Assembly (NCBI GenBank): GCA_051313645.2
Contig: JBNRSN020000021.1
Location: 78,058,001-78,122,000 of the forward strand
Direction of reading: 5' to 3'
Source: Centroscyllium fabricii
Lineage: Eukaryota
DNA: 64,000 nucleotides
In this document: positions 13,404 to 26,944 of the stretch, piece by piece
Layout: every line of letters begins with the position of its first letter
Position numbering within the stretch: the first letter of the stretch is position 1
Made by a program: the position numbers and the translations under genes
The notes under the pieces: generated by a model
Database searches by the model: none
What the model saw: only the letters and a program-made list of their open reading frames with translations
What the model was told of the DNA's origin: nothing

Positions 13404-13785
13404 ATAGAAACATAGAAGATAGGAGCAGGAGTAGGCCATTCGGCCCTTCGAGCCTGCTCCGCCATTCAATGAGATCATGGCTGATCATCCAAACTCAGTA
13501 CCCTGCCTTGTCCCCATATCTCTCGATCCCTATCGAGCCTGCACCGACACATATCCCACCCTATCCCCGTAACCCTATATATTTAATCCTCCTAACACTA
13601 AGGGTCAATTTATCATGGCCAATCAACCTAACCCGCACATCTTTGGACTGTGGGAGGAAACCGGAGCACCCGGAGGAAACCCACGCAGACACGGGGAGAA
13701 TGTGCAAACTCCACACAGATAGTACCTGAGGCTGGATTTGAACCCGGGTCTCTAGTGCTGTAAGGCAACAGTGCTAACCACTATG
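13404..13785 (-). mobile_element. HE1-like V-SINE
   Basis: tRNA head with B box GGTTCAAATCC, V domain TTGCACATTCTCCCCGTGTCTGCGTGGGTTTCCTCCGG, HER1 tail TTTCTAT. Confidence 0.9.
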
Positions 13786-14629
13786 CTGGATAACCAGAAA
13801 TGCACTAAAATCAAGAATAACAAAATACAACTCTGGAGGAAGGAATTGGTCGCCTTTGGATACATCATACGTTATCGACCCGGCAAAGAGAATGTGGCCC
13901 CGGATATCCTCATACGGGCATTCTGCTCTTCTATGTCAACTTCAACTCTTGCGGATCTTCATATTGACTTATACCATCCTGGCGTTACCCGTATGTGGCA
14001 CTTTGTGCGATCTAAAAATCTCCCATTTTCAACAGAGGATGTGAAGAAAAACATGCTCCTCCTGTAGAATTTGTGTGGAATTGAAACCGCAATTCTTCCG
14101 TCCATCGGATGGCTCACTCATACATGCTATGCAGCCTATGCAGTGACTCAGCATTGACTTTAAAGGGACATTGCCTTCCTCAACACGGAACACCTACTTA
14201 CTTATGATGGTGGGTGAATATTCACGCTTTCCCTTTGCTTTCCCCTGTCCTAATTTGCTTACTTCCACAGTGATCAAATGCCTCAATCAAGTCTTTCTCT
14301 TTGCGGTACGGCCAATTTCATCCACTCTGATCGGGGTCCCTCCTTCATGTCGAGCAAACTCAAAAGTTATCTATCCCAACGGGGAATCACCACAAATAAA
14401 ACGACACCGTATCACCCCATCGGTAACGGACAGGTTGAGAGATACAACGCTGTTCGTCTGGCACTGACGTCACGCAATCTACCAGACCAGCAGTGGGAAA
14501 CTGTGCTCACTGACGTGTTGCATTCCATCAGGTCTCTTCCTTCCACATCCACATCCACCAATGTCACGCCTCACGAGCGATTCTTCAAGTTCCAGCGTCG
14601 CTCCACACATGGGACTTCCCTACCTCCTC

Positions 14630-15184
14630 TCTGATAAAGAAGGTCCAACAGCGCCTGTACTTCATAAGGAAGCTGAAAAAGGCCAAGCTGTCATCTGGCA
14701 TCCTCACCAACTTCTACCGCTGCACAATCGAAAGCATACTGACAAACTGCATCACAGTCTAGTATGGAAATTGCACCATCTCGAAGGCCCTGCAGCGGGT
14801 TGTCAAAACGGCCCAATGAATCACCAGTACCCAGCTACCATCAATTGAATGCACCTACCTGAAACACTGCCTACGGAGGTCTCAGAACATTATTAAAGAC
14901 CCCACACACCCCAGCCATAGTCTGTTCACCCCCCTGCCCTCCGGGAGATGCTACAGATCAATTCGCACCCGCACGACCAGATTCAAGAACAGCTTCTTCC
15001 CTAGGGCTGTTGGTATCCTGAACTCTAACAAAAAACTCCAGTATCTGCACACCTGAAATGTACTTTATTGTGTGCAATTGTATGTAACTTATTTGCACTA
15101 CTCTCGGGAGTGGCGAGTCTTCGTTTCATTGTATTGTACTAGTACACTGCAATGACAATAAAATTGAATTCAATTGAATTGAAT
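14630..15184 (+). mobile_element. Rex1/Babar LINE 3' fragment nested in Gypsy A
   Basis: QQRLYFIRKLKK...FYRCTIESIL. Tail GCAATGACAATAAAATTGAATT. Same family as 37229-38432. Confidence 0.85.
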
Positions 15185-15466
15185 CATGGTTGGCAGCTCC
15201 CGGCCCCATGCTGCTCCGGAGATTCATCCGCTCTGCCAAGGTCGATCCCCTCATCGACAAGGTGGAGTTAATGGATGTAAATCCCACTTACTCGCACGTG
15301 CGGTACACTGATGGCCGGGAGTCCACCGTCTTGCTCAGAGATCTGGCTTCCTTTCCAATCAGTCCCACGGGCCCAAACTATAGAGGGTAGCACGATAATG
15401 ATGCCAACACTCTGCGCTCCTATGAAGATGACGCCCTACCTGGGACGTCGAGAGATCTGCCGGCTG

Positions 15467-17228
15467 TGTAAGGAGCGTGCGCCGTATATTTTACTGTACG
15501 ACTTGGGGTCCGTTACTGCCTTGCGCTAGCAGTCCGCTAGGCCTCGCGCAATAACCTCCTCCCCCGCGAGCGGTTCGAATCGCTCACTCTTTACGGTTCT
15601 AGACGCTGGACTTAGGTGCAGGAAGAGAGAGAGAGAGAGAGAGATATGGATGCCGATTGGACTCAGACTATTGACTCGAATAAAAGTTTGTAAAGTTGGA
15701 AGGTTTTTTATTACACCAATAGATATATTTACAGCAGCAAGGATAACGGTTTATTACTCCAAGAGATATATTTACAGCAGTAAGGATGTATTTCATCAGA
15801 GTGACACAGTATGACACATCAACAACTGTTTCCCAAACCGATACATATAGGTACATACACAGATAACTTATGGGATGGGGAACGCACGGCACAACGTAAA
15901 TCGGGGCAATGACTCTATAACTACACCCCAAATAAACCACCCTTCCCTCTATTGCCTAGCTATGTCCAGGTGTGTAGGATCGAGGCACATGCTCACCACT
16001 CGGTAATACTCGGGATCTGCTACGAAGTTCCTCGCTTCTTCGGCTGCAGCGTCGGTCGTCACGTGGCTGTGGAAGATTCGGGAGTCCACTCGTTGTTTTC
16101 TCCCTTTGGGCGGCGGTCGCTCCTGCTCGGGCTGGTCCCGGACAGATTCCTCGAGGCTGCTCGATCTCCTCGCACCAACCACACCGTCTCCCTGGCTGAA
16201 CCGGACCCTGGGGTATGCCGATCCTGCCCTCTCAAGCTGAACTGTAACGGGCTGCTAGCCTAATTGCTCTCCCACTCTTCGAATGATGGTTTCTCTTAGT
16301 CAACTGCAACCAGCCCTTTCTAACTCACTCACTTTGAATATTTGCTTCGCTAATGGGCCTCAGCAACTAACTACCTCACCGGCAATGGTTTTCCGATGCG
16401 ATACTGCCCTGACCCAACACTGCTGTCCTGCCAGAGCCTTCACCCTGCTTGCCCTGCGCCCAGAAAGCTGAACTGGAGTCTTCGAGAAAGGCAGCCCACC
16501 CAAAGTCACTGCTAGACCTCACCGCTTCAAGAGGTCGCCTCCACGAGTCGATTCCAAGAGCCAAGAGAGACCTCACCGCTTCAAGAGGTCGCCTCCACGA
16601 GTCCTAAGTCATAAGAGAAAAGTTTCCAACCGCTTTCCAAGAGATTCTATTACAAGAGCGCGAATTCTAGAAATGTGCTGCCAGTTATACCCCAAAGTCG
16701 AACTGCCTAATGTCTTTCCCATTAGAGCCTGTATTGTGTGTGGAAAGCGGTTATTGCACTCCTTTTGTCCAGCCAAGCCTGCCGGTAATAGTTTTGATGG
16801 TGGCTCTAACTTCTCCGGTTAGAGTCCCATTGTTTTCAAGGGTGCTAATCGCTTTCTGCTGGAAGGGTATACAATTTCTGTAGCTGGTTAAACGAGCCAG
16901 CTGCTTCGTTTCTGCAGTTGTTTTGGGTGTTTATTTAAACTGGGTGCATTTCTTTGTCGGGCTAATCGGCTTCTAAAAGGCAGGCTATTTATTTCCAGGT
17001 TTAACAGCGCCTTTATGTCTGGTTTCTTCGCGGGCTTTTCGAGTTGAGTTTAGTTTCGGTTTTGCACTATGCCATGTGGTCCGGCGGCCATCTTGGAGGC
17101 CCCTTTTCTCTGATCAGGCCGCAGCCTGTCTTGTCTGTCATTGTCCAAATAAAATAAAATGTGTATACTCCATCCTTCGTTTCTGGTCTTTGTGAATCCA
17201 ATTTAACAGGGAATATTGCGACCTTACA
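15467..17228 (-). mobile_element. Solo LTR (~1762 bp) of the retrovirus-like family at 41419-51395
   Basis: TGTAAGG...CCTTACA termini, 4-bp TSD GCTG on both sides, collinear with 41419-43174. Confidence 0.95.
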
Positions 17229-18806
17229 GCTGCTACACCTGATCAACTCGGGGAGCAGAGCGCTCCCCATGGGATGGCCACCCGAAACCAGGACGCCGGT
17301 CAATCCCCGGCTCCGACCCAAAATGAAGCCAGCTCTGTGACTCTGGGGACCCGCACCCGGAGTCACGATCTCGCCAGTTTCCCTCAGGTCGATCAAGGTG
17401 GCACGGGCTCTGTCGGCCTACCGGTACGGACCAAGAGATCCAGGGACCAAGACACGGTCCGGGGAGACGTGCCTTCCAGCCATAAACAAAGAGTTAAACG
17501 GCTGCGGCTATTTTTGGTCTGCCTAATCCACTAAAAAGAAGACATTGGACTTCCAAATCTTGAGAGGAAGAATGTCATAAATCTTAGCATCCATGAGGAA
17601 AGACTCATGAAGTAACACTGGACAGCCAGCTGATGGTGCCACCCAAGGAGTATAAATACTCCGGCGTGGGCCCAGCTTATCCAGAGACAATTAGGAAACA
17701 GAACAAGTGACTGTTAACTAGACCTCCATGTTTTGAAACAAGTCGATCAAAGCTTTGCTTTATGCGCAAACCAAGTGCATAGTGAGTTTTATTACGTCAG
17801 TACTATTTGAGGAAGAACAGGAAAATTCTCCCAGTACTAACATTTATCCCTTAACCAACACTGTCAAAATAGATTAACTGCTCATTTCTGTCATTGCTAT
17901 TTGTGAGATCTTGCTATATGCAAATTGACTTCAATGGGAAAGATAATTGGCCAGGGTGTAACGGGCAGCCAATATGCTATCACCTGCTTTTTGCCCAGCA
18001 ATACAAGTTGAAATTAAGCCCCATTGACAATTAAATCCAAAATTATTTAAATTGGATAAAAATTGGTTCCGTTCAGATGGTTAATCAATTTGGATTCTGA
18101 ATAGAATTTGGCTTCACCTCTACCATTGATTCTTGTTTTATATTATTTTCATTAAAATGCCTTGATCTACCAGGAACAAAGTAGGGTGTTATCCTTGTGT
18201 GATGATACTGGGACAAAAATTATGCTTGTGGCTTTAATTCCACAGAATGCATTGTTGTGCTACTATTTACAATAAACATTTTGTAACTTTTTCCCAGCCA
18301 GCTCCTTCCCCAGATCCAGCTGGCTGACTGATTGCCCATGTGCTTCCCAAACAGAGTGAGGGCTGTCCCCTATCTCCTTTCCCAATCAGTGATTTGCTAC
18401 TAGTAGTGATTTACTTTTATTAAAACCGGCTAGCTTTTCTCCCACCTTAGGATATGGGTTTAAATAAAACATCTGCTATTCTCAAAATTAATCAGGGCTA
18501 TCCTAGCTTAATTGGCATAGAATGAGATAATTAACCCTCATTGTATCAGTTTGAAAGAAACTGTAACGTTCCACAAACTAGCTTGCCTGGATTTAATGTG
18601 CATCTTCAATGCCTACAGCCTTTGCTTTTTAAAAAAACAAACCTGTGGGAATGAATTTACATTGCTTTAAAACATCGCACGTAAACATATCTCATTCCTA
18701 AATTCTTTCCATACAGAACAAAATGAACAAAAATCCAAAAATGTAACAATATGCAAGTATGTTACTGCTATTCAATTTTATCTTCAGAAGGAAGTAGCTG
18801 TATTAA

Positions 18807-21362
18807 CATAGAAACATAGAAGATAGGAGCAGGAGTTGGCCATTCGGCCCCTCAAGCCTGCTCCGCCATTTAATGAGATCATGGCTGATCATCCAAACTC
18901 AGTCCCCTGTCCCTGCCTTCTCCCCATATCCCTTGATCCCTTTAGCCTTAAGAAACATATCTAACTCCTTCTTGAATATATTTAATGAATTAGCCTCCTC
19001 TGCCTTGTGTGGTAGAGAATTCCACAGGTTCACCACTCTCTGGGTGAAGAAATTCCTCCTCATCTCTGTCCTAAATGGCTTGTCCCTTATCCTTAGACTG
19101 TGACCCCTGGTTATGGACTCCCCAGCCATCGGGAGCATCCTTCCTGCATCTGATCTGTTTAGTCCTGTTAGAATGTTACAAGTTTCAATGAGATCCATTT
19201 CAATGAGATCCCCTCTCATTCTTCTAAACTCCAGCAAGTATAAGCCCAATCGATCCAATCTCTCATCATATGTTATTCCTGCCATCCCAGGTATCAATCT
19301 GGTGAATTTTTGCTGCCCTCCTTCCATGGCAAGAACATCCTTCCTCAGATAAGGTGACCAAAACTGCACACAAGATGCGGTCTCACTAAGGCCCTGTACA
19401 ACTGCCGCAAGACATCCTTGTTCCTGTACTCAAACCCTCTTGCTATGAAGGCCAACATACCATTTGCCTTCTTCACCGCCTGCTGCAACTGCATGCTTAC
19501 CTTCAGCGACTGGTGCACAAGGACACCCAGGTGTCGTTGCACTTCCCCTTCTCCCAATCTATTGCCATTCAGATAATAATCTGCCTTCCTGTTTTTGCCA
19601 CCAAATTGGATAACCTCGCATTTATCCACATATGCTGCATCTGCCATGCTTCTGCCCAATCACCCAACCTGTCCAAATCATATTGGAGTTTCTCGGCATC
19701 CTCCTCACAGCACACACGCCCACCCAGCTTTGTGTTGTCTGCAAACTTGGAGATATTACATCTATTTCCCATGTCTAGATCATTAATATATATTGTGAAT
19801 AGCTGGGGTCCTACGACCAATCCCAGCAGTACCTCACTACTCACTGCCTGCCACTTGGAAAAAGACCCGTTTATTCAAATTCTTTGCTTCCTGTCTGCCA
19901 ACCAGTTCTCTATCCAAGTCAATACCTTGCCCCGAATCCCATGTGCCTTAACTTTACACGTTAATCTCTTATGCGGGACGTTATCAAAAGCCTTCTGAAA
20001 GTCCAAATATACCACATCCACTGGTTCTCCCTTATCTATTTTCCCAGTTACATCCTCAAAAAATTCCAGTAGATTAGTCAAGCACAATTTACCTTTTGTA
20101 AATCCATGTTGACTTTGTCCAATCCTGTCACTGTTTTCCAAGTGCTCCGCTATTACATCTTTTATAATGGACTCTAGCATTTTCCCCACTACCAATGTCT
20201 ATAATTCTCTGTTTTCTCTCTACCACCTTTTTTGAATAGTGGGGTAACATTAGCTATCCTCTGATCCATGGGAACTGTTCCAGAGTCGATTGAATTTTGG
20301 AAGATGACCAGCAATGCATCTATTATTTCTAGGGCTACTTCCATAAGTACCCTAGGATGTAGATTATCCGGCCCTGGGGATTTATCAGCCTTCAATACCA
20401 TCAATTTCCCTAATGCCATTTCCCTACAAATATGGATTTCTTTCCGTTCCTCCCTTTCATTAGACCCTATGTTCCCTGACATCCCCGGGAGGTTGTTTGT
20501 GTCCTCCTTTGTGAAGACAGAACCAAAGTATGTATTTAATTGGTCTGCCATGTCTTTGTTACCCATTATAAATTCCCCTGATTCTGACTGCAAGGGACCT
20601 AGGCTTGATTTCACCAATATTTTTCTCTTCACATATCTATAAAAGCTTTTACAGTCAGTTTTATGTTCCCTGCAAGCTTACTATCATACTCTATTTCCCC
20701 CCTCTTTATTAATCCCTTTGTCCTCCTTTGCTGAATCCTAAACTGCCCCCAATCCTCAGGTTTACTGCCTTTTCTGGCCAATTCATATGTCTCTCCTTGG
20801 ATCTTATGCTATCCCTAATTTCCCTTGCTAACCACAGTTCAATCACCTTTTTTGTTTTATTTTTATGCCAAACAGGGATGAACAAATGCTGTAGTTCATC
20901 CATGCGATCTTTGAATGTTTGCCACTGCCTATCCACCATCAACCCTTTGAGTAACATTCCCCAATCAATCCTACCCAGCTCGCGTCTCATATCATCGTAG
21001 TTTCCTTTATTTAAATTCAGGACCCTAGTCTCTGAGTCAACTACTTCACTCTGCATCTTAAAGAAGAATTCTATCATATTATGATCGTTCCGACCTTGCA
21101 CAACAAGATTGCTAATTAATCGTTTCTCATTACATAATACCCAGTCTAAGATGACCAATTTCTAGTTGGTTCATTGACATATTGGTCCAGGAAAACATCC
21201 TCCTGCACGGTATTGTTACTAATTTGGTTAGCCCAATTTATATGTAGATTAAAATCACCCATGATAACTGCTGTGCCCTTATTGCATGCATCTCTAATTT
21301 CCCATTTAATGCCATCCCCAACTTCCGCATTACTGTTTGGGGGTCTGTATGCCACTCCCACT
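18807..21362 (-). mobile_element. HER1/CR1 LINE, 5'-truncated and degenerate
   Basis: End of endonuclease (IMGDFN, ILDWVL), RT (KSPGPD, QHGF, YLDFQKAFD, KFADNTK), NFFTQRVVNLWNSLP, (TTTCTATG)n tail. Confidence 0.92.
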
Positions 21363-21364
21363 AA

Positions 21365-21812
21365 GTGGTTTCCAGGCCGTCAACACCTTGGAGGTGTAAG
21401 TGACTCCCTTGGGTGAAGACTAGCTGTGGGAAAAACTTAAATATCTTACCTGACAGCTCCATTGACAGCTGGTCCCTAGCTGTCAAAGGTTTGCAGCCCA
21501 TCCGCCCGCCTTTTACTCAGAGCACTTGGCCTTTCCCATTGGTTGCACTCCACTGTGATGTCACAGTGGAGCGTTTCCATGGGAACTGTAAACACACAGA
21601 CACCGCAGCTGTCTGTCAACCTCCTAGAATCCCGCTGGAGCTCCGTAATTGCCGACTCGACTGAGGCATTAACAGGGGCTCCCCGCACGCGGGAATTTAA
21701 TTGAGCAATTAAAGGAAACTAGCGTCGGCTTTCCAGGCCCTTGAGCGGGCGGGACAGGAATCCGCCCCAACCAATCACCGCCAGGTTCCCGCACCTCGGG
21801 GAAATCCCCCCC
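21365..21812. mobile_element. Degenerate GC-rich non-autonomous DNA element
   Basis: GC-rich block ending GGGAAATCCCCCC, similar in style to 3140-3903. Confidence 0.3.
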
Positions 21813-22087
21813 AAAGCCTTCACCCTTGTTTTTTTCAACACTCTTAAACCTTTTATAATTATTATTTACTGTGGCCATGTTTGATTTAAACCCTTGATTT
21901 CTCTGACTGCCACTTTTGCTTTTCTCCTTCCTGTCTTTTGCTTCTATCCTTGTTTCCCCTTCCTCTGTCTCCCTGCACAGGTTAACCAACACCATGCAGC
22001 ACAATGCATAGTGATAGCATATCTCATATGGGTATCCTCTATGTTATGAAAGGCAAGTCAGGAGTGAATCAGCGGACAGGATTGCCT

Positions 22088-22472
22088 ATAGAAACATAGA
22101 AGCAGGAGTAGGCCATTCGGCCCTCGAGCCTGCTCCGCCATTCAATGAGATCATGGCTGCTCATCCAAACCCAGCACCCTGTCCCTGCCCTCTCCCCATA
22201 TCCCTATCGAGCCTGCACCGACACATATCCCACCCTATCCCCGTAACTCCACATATTCAATCCCCCTAACACTAAGGGTCAATTTATCCTGGCCAATCAA
22301 CCTAACTCGCACATCTTTGGACTGTGGGAGTAAACCGGAGCACCCGGAGGAAACCCATGCAGACACGGGGAGAATGTGCAAACTCCACACAGATAGTACC
22401 CGAGGCTGGATTTGAACCCGGGTCTCTAGTGCTGTAAGGCAACAGTGCTAACCACTATGCCACCATGCCGCC
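22088..22472 (-). mobile_element. HE1-like V-SINE, full length
   Basis: Closely similar to 13404-13785. Head GGCGGCATGGTGGCATAGTGGTTAGC. Confidence 0.9.
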
Positions 22473-23372
22473 TAAAATGGGAAATCCATATCTAAATCTA
22501 TAATAAACCAAATGAGTATCAGATAAACACTGGACAAGGGCATTACCAGGATATGGAGCATTTTGCACTGTATCAAGTGTTAACATTGTAGATTTAGCAG
22601 CCTGTGCTTTGCAGTAGGAATACATTGCATATAACCTTTATTTTATAATGTTCTCATTTCTATGCGGCAGTAAATCTTTTGTTATGAATATAAAATGTAT
22701 ATTTATTACCCTAAGACCTACTTATGGAGAAATAACTAGTATTTCTTAGGAAGGATTATATAATTTCAGCACCATAAATTATTTTAATACAGCACAGCCG
22801 CAAAAGGACACATTGACATTTAAATCCGAAATTAAACTCATTGTGTCAAGGAAATCATTCTCAAAGGTTTTGCATCCAGTTGATGTTTATGCAGCATGGG
22901 GTCATAAATGATAACTTAAATATACCGTTATTTATTCATGAACACAGTGCATTTTATTTTTAATTGTAATAAGATTGGGGTACAAATGTATTTGCAGGCT
23001 ATCTCCAATTTCCAGATGGATGACTGTGATTTATTATCCTTAACTGGAAAGTTTTTTTCAACCTTTATCATAATTATTGTTTCTTTCCTTTTTCTGAAAG
23101 AAGTCATGAGAGGCTCACATTAATTATTTAAGCAGACTTGTTGCATCAAGACGCTGTTCAAGACTATCTTCGTTTTGTTTACAGCGAAGCCTACTCTGCA
23201 AATTCCTTGAGAGTCTTTATTTTACTGCTACCATAATCTTGATCCAGTACTTTAATCAGTCTGCACTTTATGCCTTAGAGCAGCAGTGATACCCGCCCTG
23301 CTGTATGCCTCAGAGACATGGACCATGTACAGCAGGCACCTCAAAGCACTGAAGCGGTACCACCTCCGCAAG

Positions 23373-23817
23373 CAGGGCCGGCTCAAGGTATTTGGGGGCC
23401 CCAAACAAGGTATTTTGGGGGCCCCAAACAAGGTATTTTGGGGGCCCCAAACAAGGTATTTGGGGGCCCCAAACAAGGTATTTTGGGGGCCCCAAACAAG
23501 GTATTTGGGGGCCCCAAACAAGGTATTTTGGGGGCCCCAAACAAGGTATTTTGGGGGCCCTTTCTGTTTGTGTCTGTAGATATGTGTGCACAAGCACAAG
23601 GGGGGCTTCTTCTGCCGGCACTAAAACCTACTGTACCCAGTATATAATTATGCACCAGTTATGTACCAGTACATTGTGCACAATATTGTGCAGGGGCAAT
23701 GTATGTCTATCATGGGCTATAATTTAAGAATGAAAACACTTAGGCCTATGAGGGGCCCTCTCAAATCGGGGGCCCTAAACAAATGTTTACATCGTTTATA
23801 TGGTAGGGCCGGCCCTG
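23373..23817. mobile_element. hAT-type MITE
   Basis: TIR CAGGGCCGGC/GCCGGCCCTG. Perfect 8-bp TSD TCCGCAAG. Confidence 0.92.
23384..23560. repeat. 22/23-bp tandem array, 7 full units plus 1 partial, near-palindromic unit
   Basis: CAAGGTATTT(T)GGGGGCCCCAAA repeated with no spacers. Confidence 0.95.
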
Positions 23818-25155
23818 TCCGCAAGATCCTGCAAATCCATTGGCAGGATAGGTGCACCAATGTCACTGTTCTTGCTCAGGCCAACGTCCCCAGCATTGAA
23901 GCTTTGACCATGCTCGATCAGCTCCGATGGGCGGGTCACATTGTCCGCATGCCCGATACGTGACTCCCAAAACAAGCGCTCTACTCGAAGTTCTGGCACG
24001 GCAAGAGAGCCCCAGGTGGGCAGAGGAAATGCTTCAAGGAAACCCTTAAAGCCTCCTTGAAAAGGTGTAACATCCCCACCGACACCTGGGAATCCCTGGC
24101 CCAAGACCGCACAAAGTGGAGGAGAAGCATCCTGTAACAGAGACTGTCGGTCCCGCATTGGACTCATCAGTCACCTGAGAACTCATTTTTAATGTGGAAG
24201 CAAGTCATCCTCGATTCCGAGGGACTGCCTAACAAGAAGATGCTGAAGAGCAGGTACTTTAATGGGTGATGCACGATGTTGAATTAATACAGCTCTGTGC
24301 TTCTATGTTTTAGTGTGTAACCTCATTGAGTAGAGCTATCAGAAAACTGATATTTAGGAAACAATACCAAAACCATTTTTATCCACATTGTTACAAAAAG
24401 TAAATGATTTACTGGTAGGTTCGATCCTGCCAGTTTAAGCAATGATTTAAAACATTTAAAGTATTCTGTGACATTTCTGCAGAGGGGTGCCTCTCTGTGT
24501 TTTCTGACACTGGGACTAAAGATTGATTTTCTTCAAGTAAGAATAATTCTTGTGAATCATGAGCATCAATCTCCATGAAGAAATGTAACCAGCGCTGAAT
24601 TATATTAACCAGTCCTGGCTGCATAATTAAAGACTAGCAGGTGCAGCCAGCTGATAGGGCTACCTTGAAAAGACCCTTGAAAGCTTCATTGTCCCAGTTT
24701 TTTATGAGAATTTTACATTATCATTTGCACTTGGGTTCACTTAAAATCCTTGCATTTCTCCTCTTTCAAAATACTGTTTTGTTAGCTCCCCCATTTAATA
24801 TATGAACAGATTAGCAATGGATTTAAAATGATGTTTTTCTGTGATTTAACCGTACACTGATACAGAATGTTCTGTCCATCAACAGCACAATTTAAATTTG
24901 GTTTGTCTCCTGGAAATGTCTCTGCATTACGTAACATTGCTGTATATATCTCCCAAAAGTGCAATAAACAAAGTCCAAACAAGAAATGACAATTAGACAA
25001 AAAAACTGCATTCATTTGCATGACTGATCATTTTGGGAACACAGCAATGCACAAGAGTGAAAGTAGAAAACAAAAGTCAATGTGAAATAATATTTTGTTC
25101 GTTCTGACTGTACCACATACCAGCACCAACACGAACCCTGTGCAGCTGTTGCTAA

Positions 25156-25854
25156 TGCCCCAGTTTCACTGGAGGCTAAGAATGTCAAGAATATCAAGAA
25201 TCGTCAGGAATCGAAATTCTTGGCGATTCTGCAAAAAATGCGAAAATTCGTGGTTGATTCTTGGCGATTCTTGGTGAATTCTTGGCGATTCTGGACAAGG
25301 TTAAGAATCTATCACGAATTATTGTAGGAATGAGGTACGAATCACTCACGAATATGAAGAATTAATTTACGAATCCACTACGACCTCCACGATTAAGTTA
25401 CGAATTCTACGAATTAGCTACGAATTATCTACGAATTGCATTCGTAGTGCATTCGTAGTGCATTCGTGGACATTCGTGGACATTCGTGATGAATTCGGCG
25501 TTTTTCCACGAATTTGAGAAAATCAAGAATGCCCAAGAATAGGCAAGAATGCACTACGAATCCACTACGAATCAGTTACGAACGGTAAGAAAGGGTCACG
25601 AACGGTAAGAAAGGGTCACGAATTGTTTAGGAATCTATCACGAATTGGACATTCGTGAACACTCCCACGAAATTTTTTGACAAACAAAAACTTTCTTGAA
25701 ACCTCAAAAAAATCACGTGAACTTCCGCGAACTCTACGAATCCACTACGAATCCGCTACGAATCAACCACGAATTGCAAGAATTACCCACGAATCGGACA
25801 AATTTCACAATCGGCACGATTCGGCAATTCTTAGCCTCCAGTGAAACTGGGGCA
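25156..25854. mobile_element. PIF/Harbinger-type MITE (699 bp), ACGAAT/ATTCGT-rich
   Basis: Perfect 28-bp TIR TGCCCCAGTTTCACTGGAGGCTAAGAAT. 3-bp TSD TAA. Confidence 0.92.
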
Positions 25855-26944
25855 TAAGAATCCACTGAATAACCAGAATTACTCATCCAAGGTAATTGAA
25901 CATTTTGTCCTGTCACTACTGCAAAAAGCTTTTGGAATCACAAGGCTAGCCGAGGAACCATGAACATGATTTTCATTGCTCACCAAGTGTAGGGAGCAAA
26001 ATCAAGACCGATATATGGCAGGGGAGTGGATCTAATTGGATAGCTCTTTCAAAAAACTGGCACAGACACGATGGGCCGAATGGCCTCCTTCTGTGTTGTA
26101 TGATTCTGTGGTTCACTCATTTGTTGACTTGATCAAAGCTTTCAACATGGTCATTGAATTCGGTCTTTTGAGATTTACAAGGAAAGTAGGTTGTTCAGAC
26201 ATGATTTTATTGGTTCTGGAACAGCTCCATGGTGAGATGCGTGGTAGATTGTTTATTGACGGCTCTCTGTCCAAACCATTCCCTGTTTCAAATCATGTGA
26301 AGTGATACGAATCTGCACAATGGAGTAATTGTTCACTCCATCAAGACTGGAAATATTGACTAAGCTTTCCAAAGAAATGATACAAGCATTTTGTATGCTG
26401 ATGAATTTCGAAAAGGAGCTTCAGCTGATGACTGATAGTTTCCGCTAGCAGCTACGGGCTTCCTATTAGTCTGAAGAACACGGAAATCATATATCAACCA
26501 GCTCCTGGGAAGCCATATGTTAGACCACTATTGGCAAAACTGAATTGAATGCAGTCAAGGAGTTTACCTATCTTGGAAGTGTACTATGATGCAAGGGTCA
26601 ATAAGGAAGTGATGGCTCACATACTGAGACAGGCTGGAATTTTCTGGTGTCCGTGCGGGCGGGATTGGAGTTGGGTCGGAAGCGAAAGTTGAAATAACTT
26701 GGAGCGGGTCGGGAACCCGCCGTCATTCCGCCTCCACACGCCGTTTGCCAGCACGGCAGCGGCCAGAATGGCAGAGGTGGCCGAGCTAGTTTAGATGATT
26801 ATTAGGTACTGTCAGACCCTTAAGCGTCTTTTTAACCCTACCTTTCAAATTTACATGGATGACCACAGGAATCACGCAGTTCGGGAACCACACCATGTCA
26901 GTGAACCTGAGGCAGAAGTTCAGGAGCAGGTAGCCACACCTTAT

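Larger units (their letters stand above)
10788..15460 (+). pseudogene. Frameshifted and interrupted gag-pol of Gypsy A
   Basis: Gag ATG at 10788. Zinc knuckles (CFFCGGAFHYRKCC, CNHC), degenerate protease (LIESCSS), RT YLDN, RNase H ECDAS, integrase HSDRG...GNGQVER, spread over several ORFs. Confidence 0.9.
9894..17799 (+). mobile_element. Gypsy LTR retrotransposon A: old, full length, with five nested insertions
   Basis: LTRs 9894-10122 and 17573-17799 (TG...CA, visibly diverged). 5-bp TSD GTACT. PPT GAGAGGAAGAA. Gag-PR-RT-RH-IN order. Confidence 0.93.
9709..17930 (+). mobile_element. SacSINE1-like SINE split by Gypsy element A (halves 9709-9893 and 17800-17930)
   Basis: Head CTCTGAGTCAGAAGTTTGTGGGTTCAA. 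Body AAAGATCCCATGGTACT resumes as GTACTATTTGAGGAAGA after the insertion. Confidence 0.7.
23275..24240 (+). mobile_element. RTE/BovB-type LINE 3' part, interrupted by a hAT MITE
   Basis: LLYASETWT...RKILQIHWQD...QLRWAGHIVRMPD. Short AAG-repeat tail. Confidence 0.88.

Noticed and set aside
13700-13785. tRNA genes here and at other A/B-box sites
   Set aside because: All are SINE heads continuous with V or Deu domains and LINE tails.
23384-23560. CRISPR-like palindromic repeat array
   Set aside because: No spacers. It lies inside a hAT MITE in vertebrate DNA.
24415-25895. Candidate host exons near 24420-24536 and around the MITE site
   Set aside because: Weak acceptors and unrecognisable peptides. 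The adjacent sequence grades into RTE.
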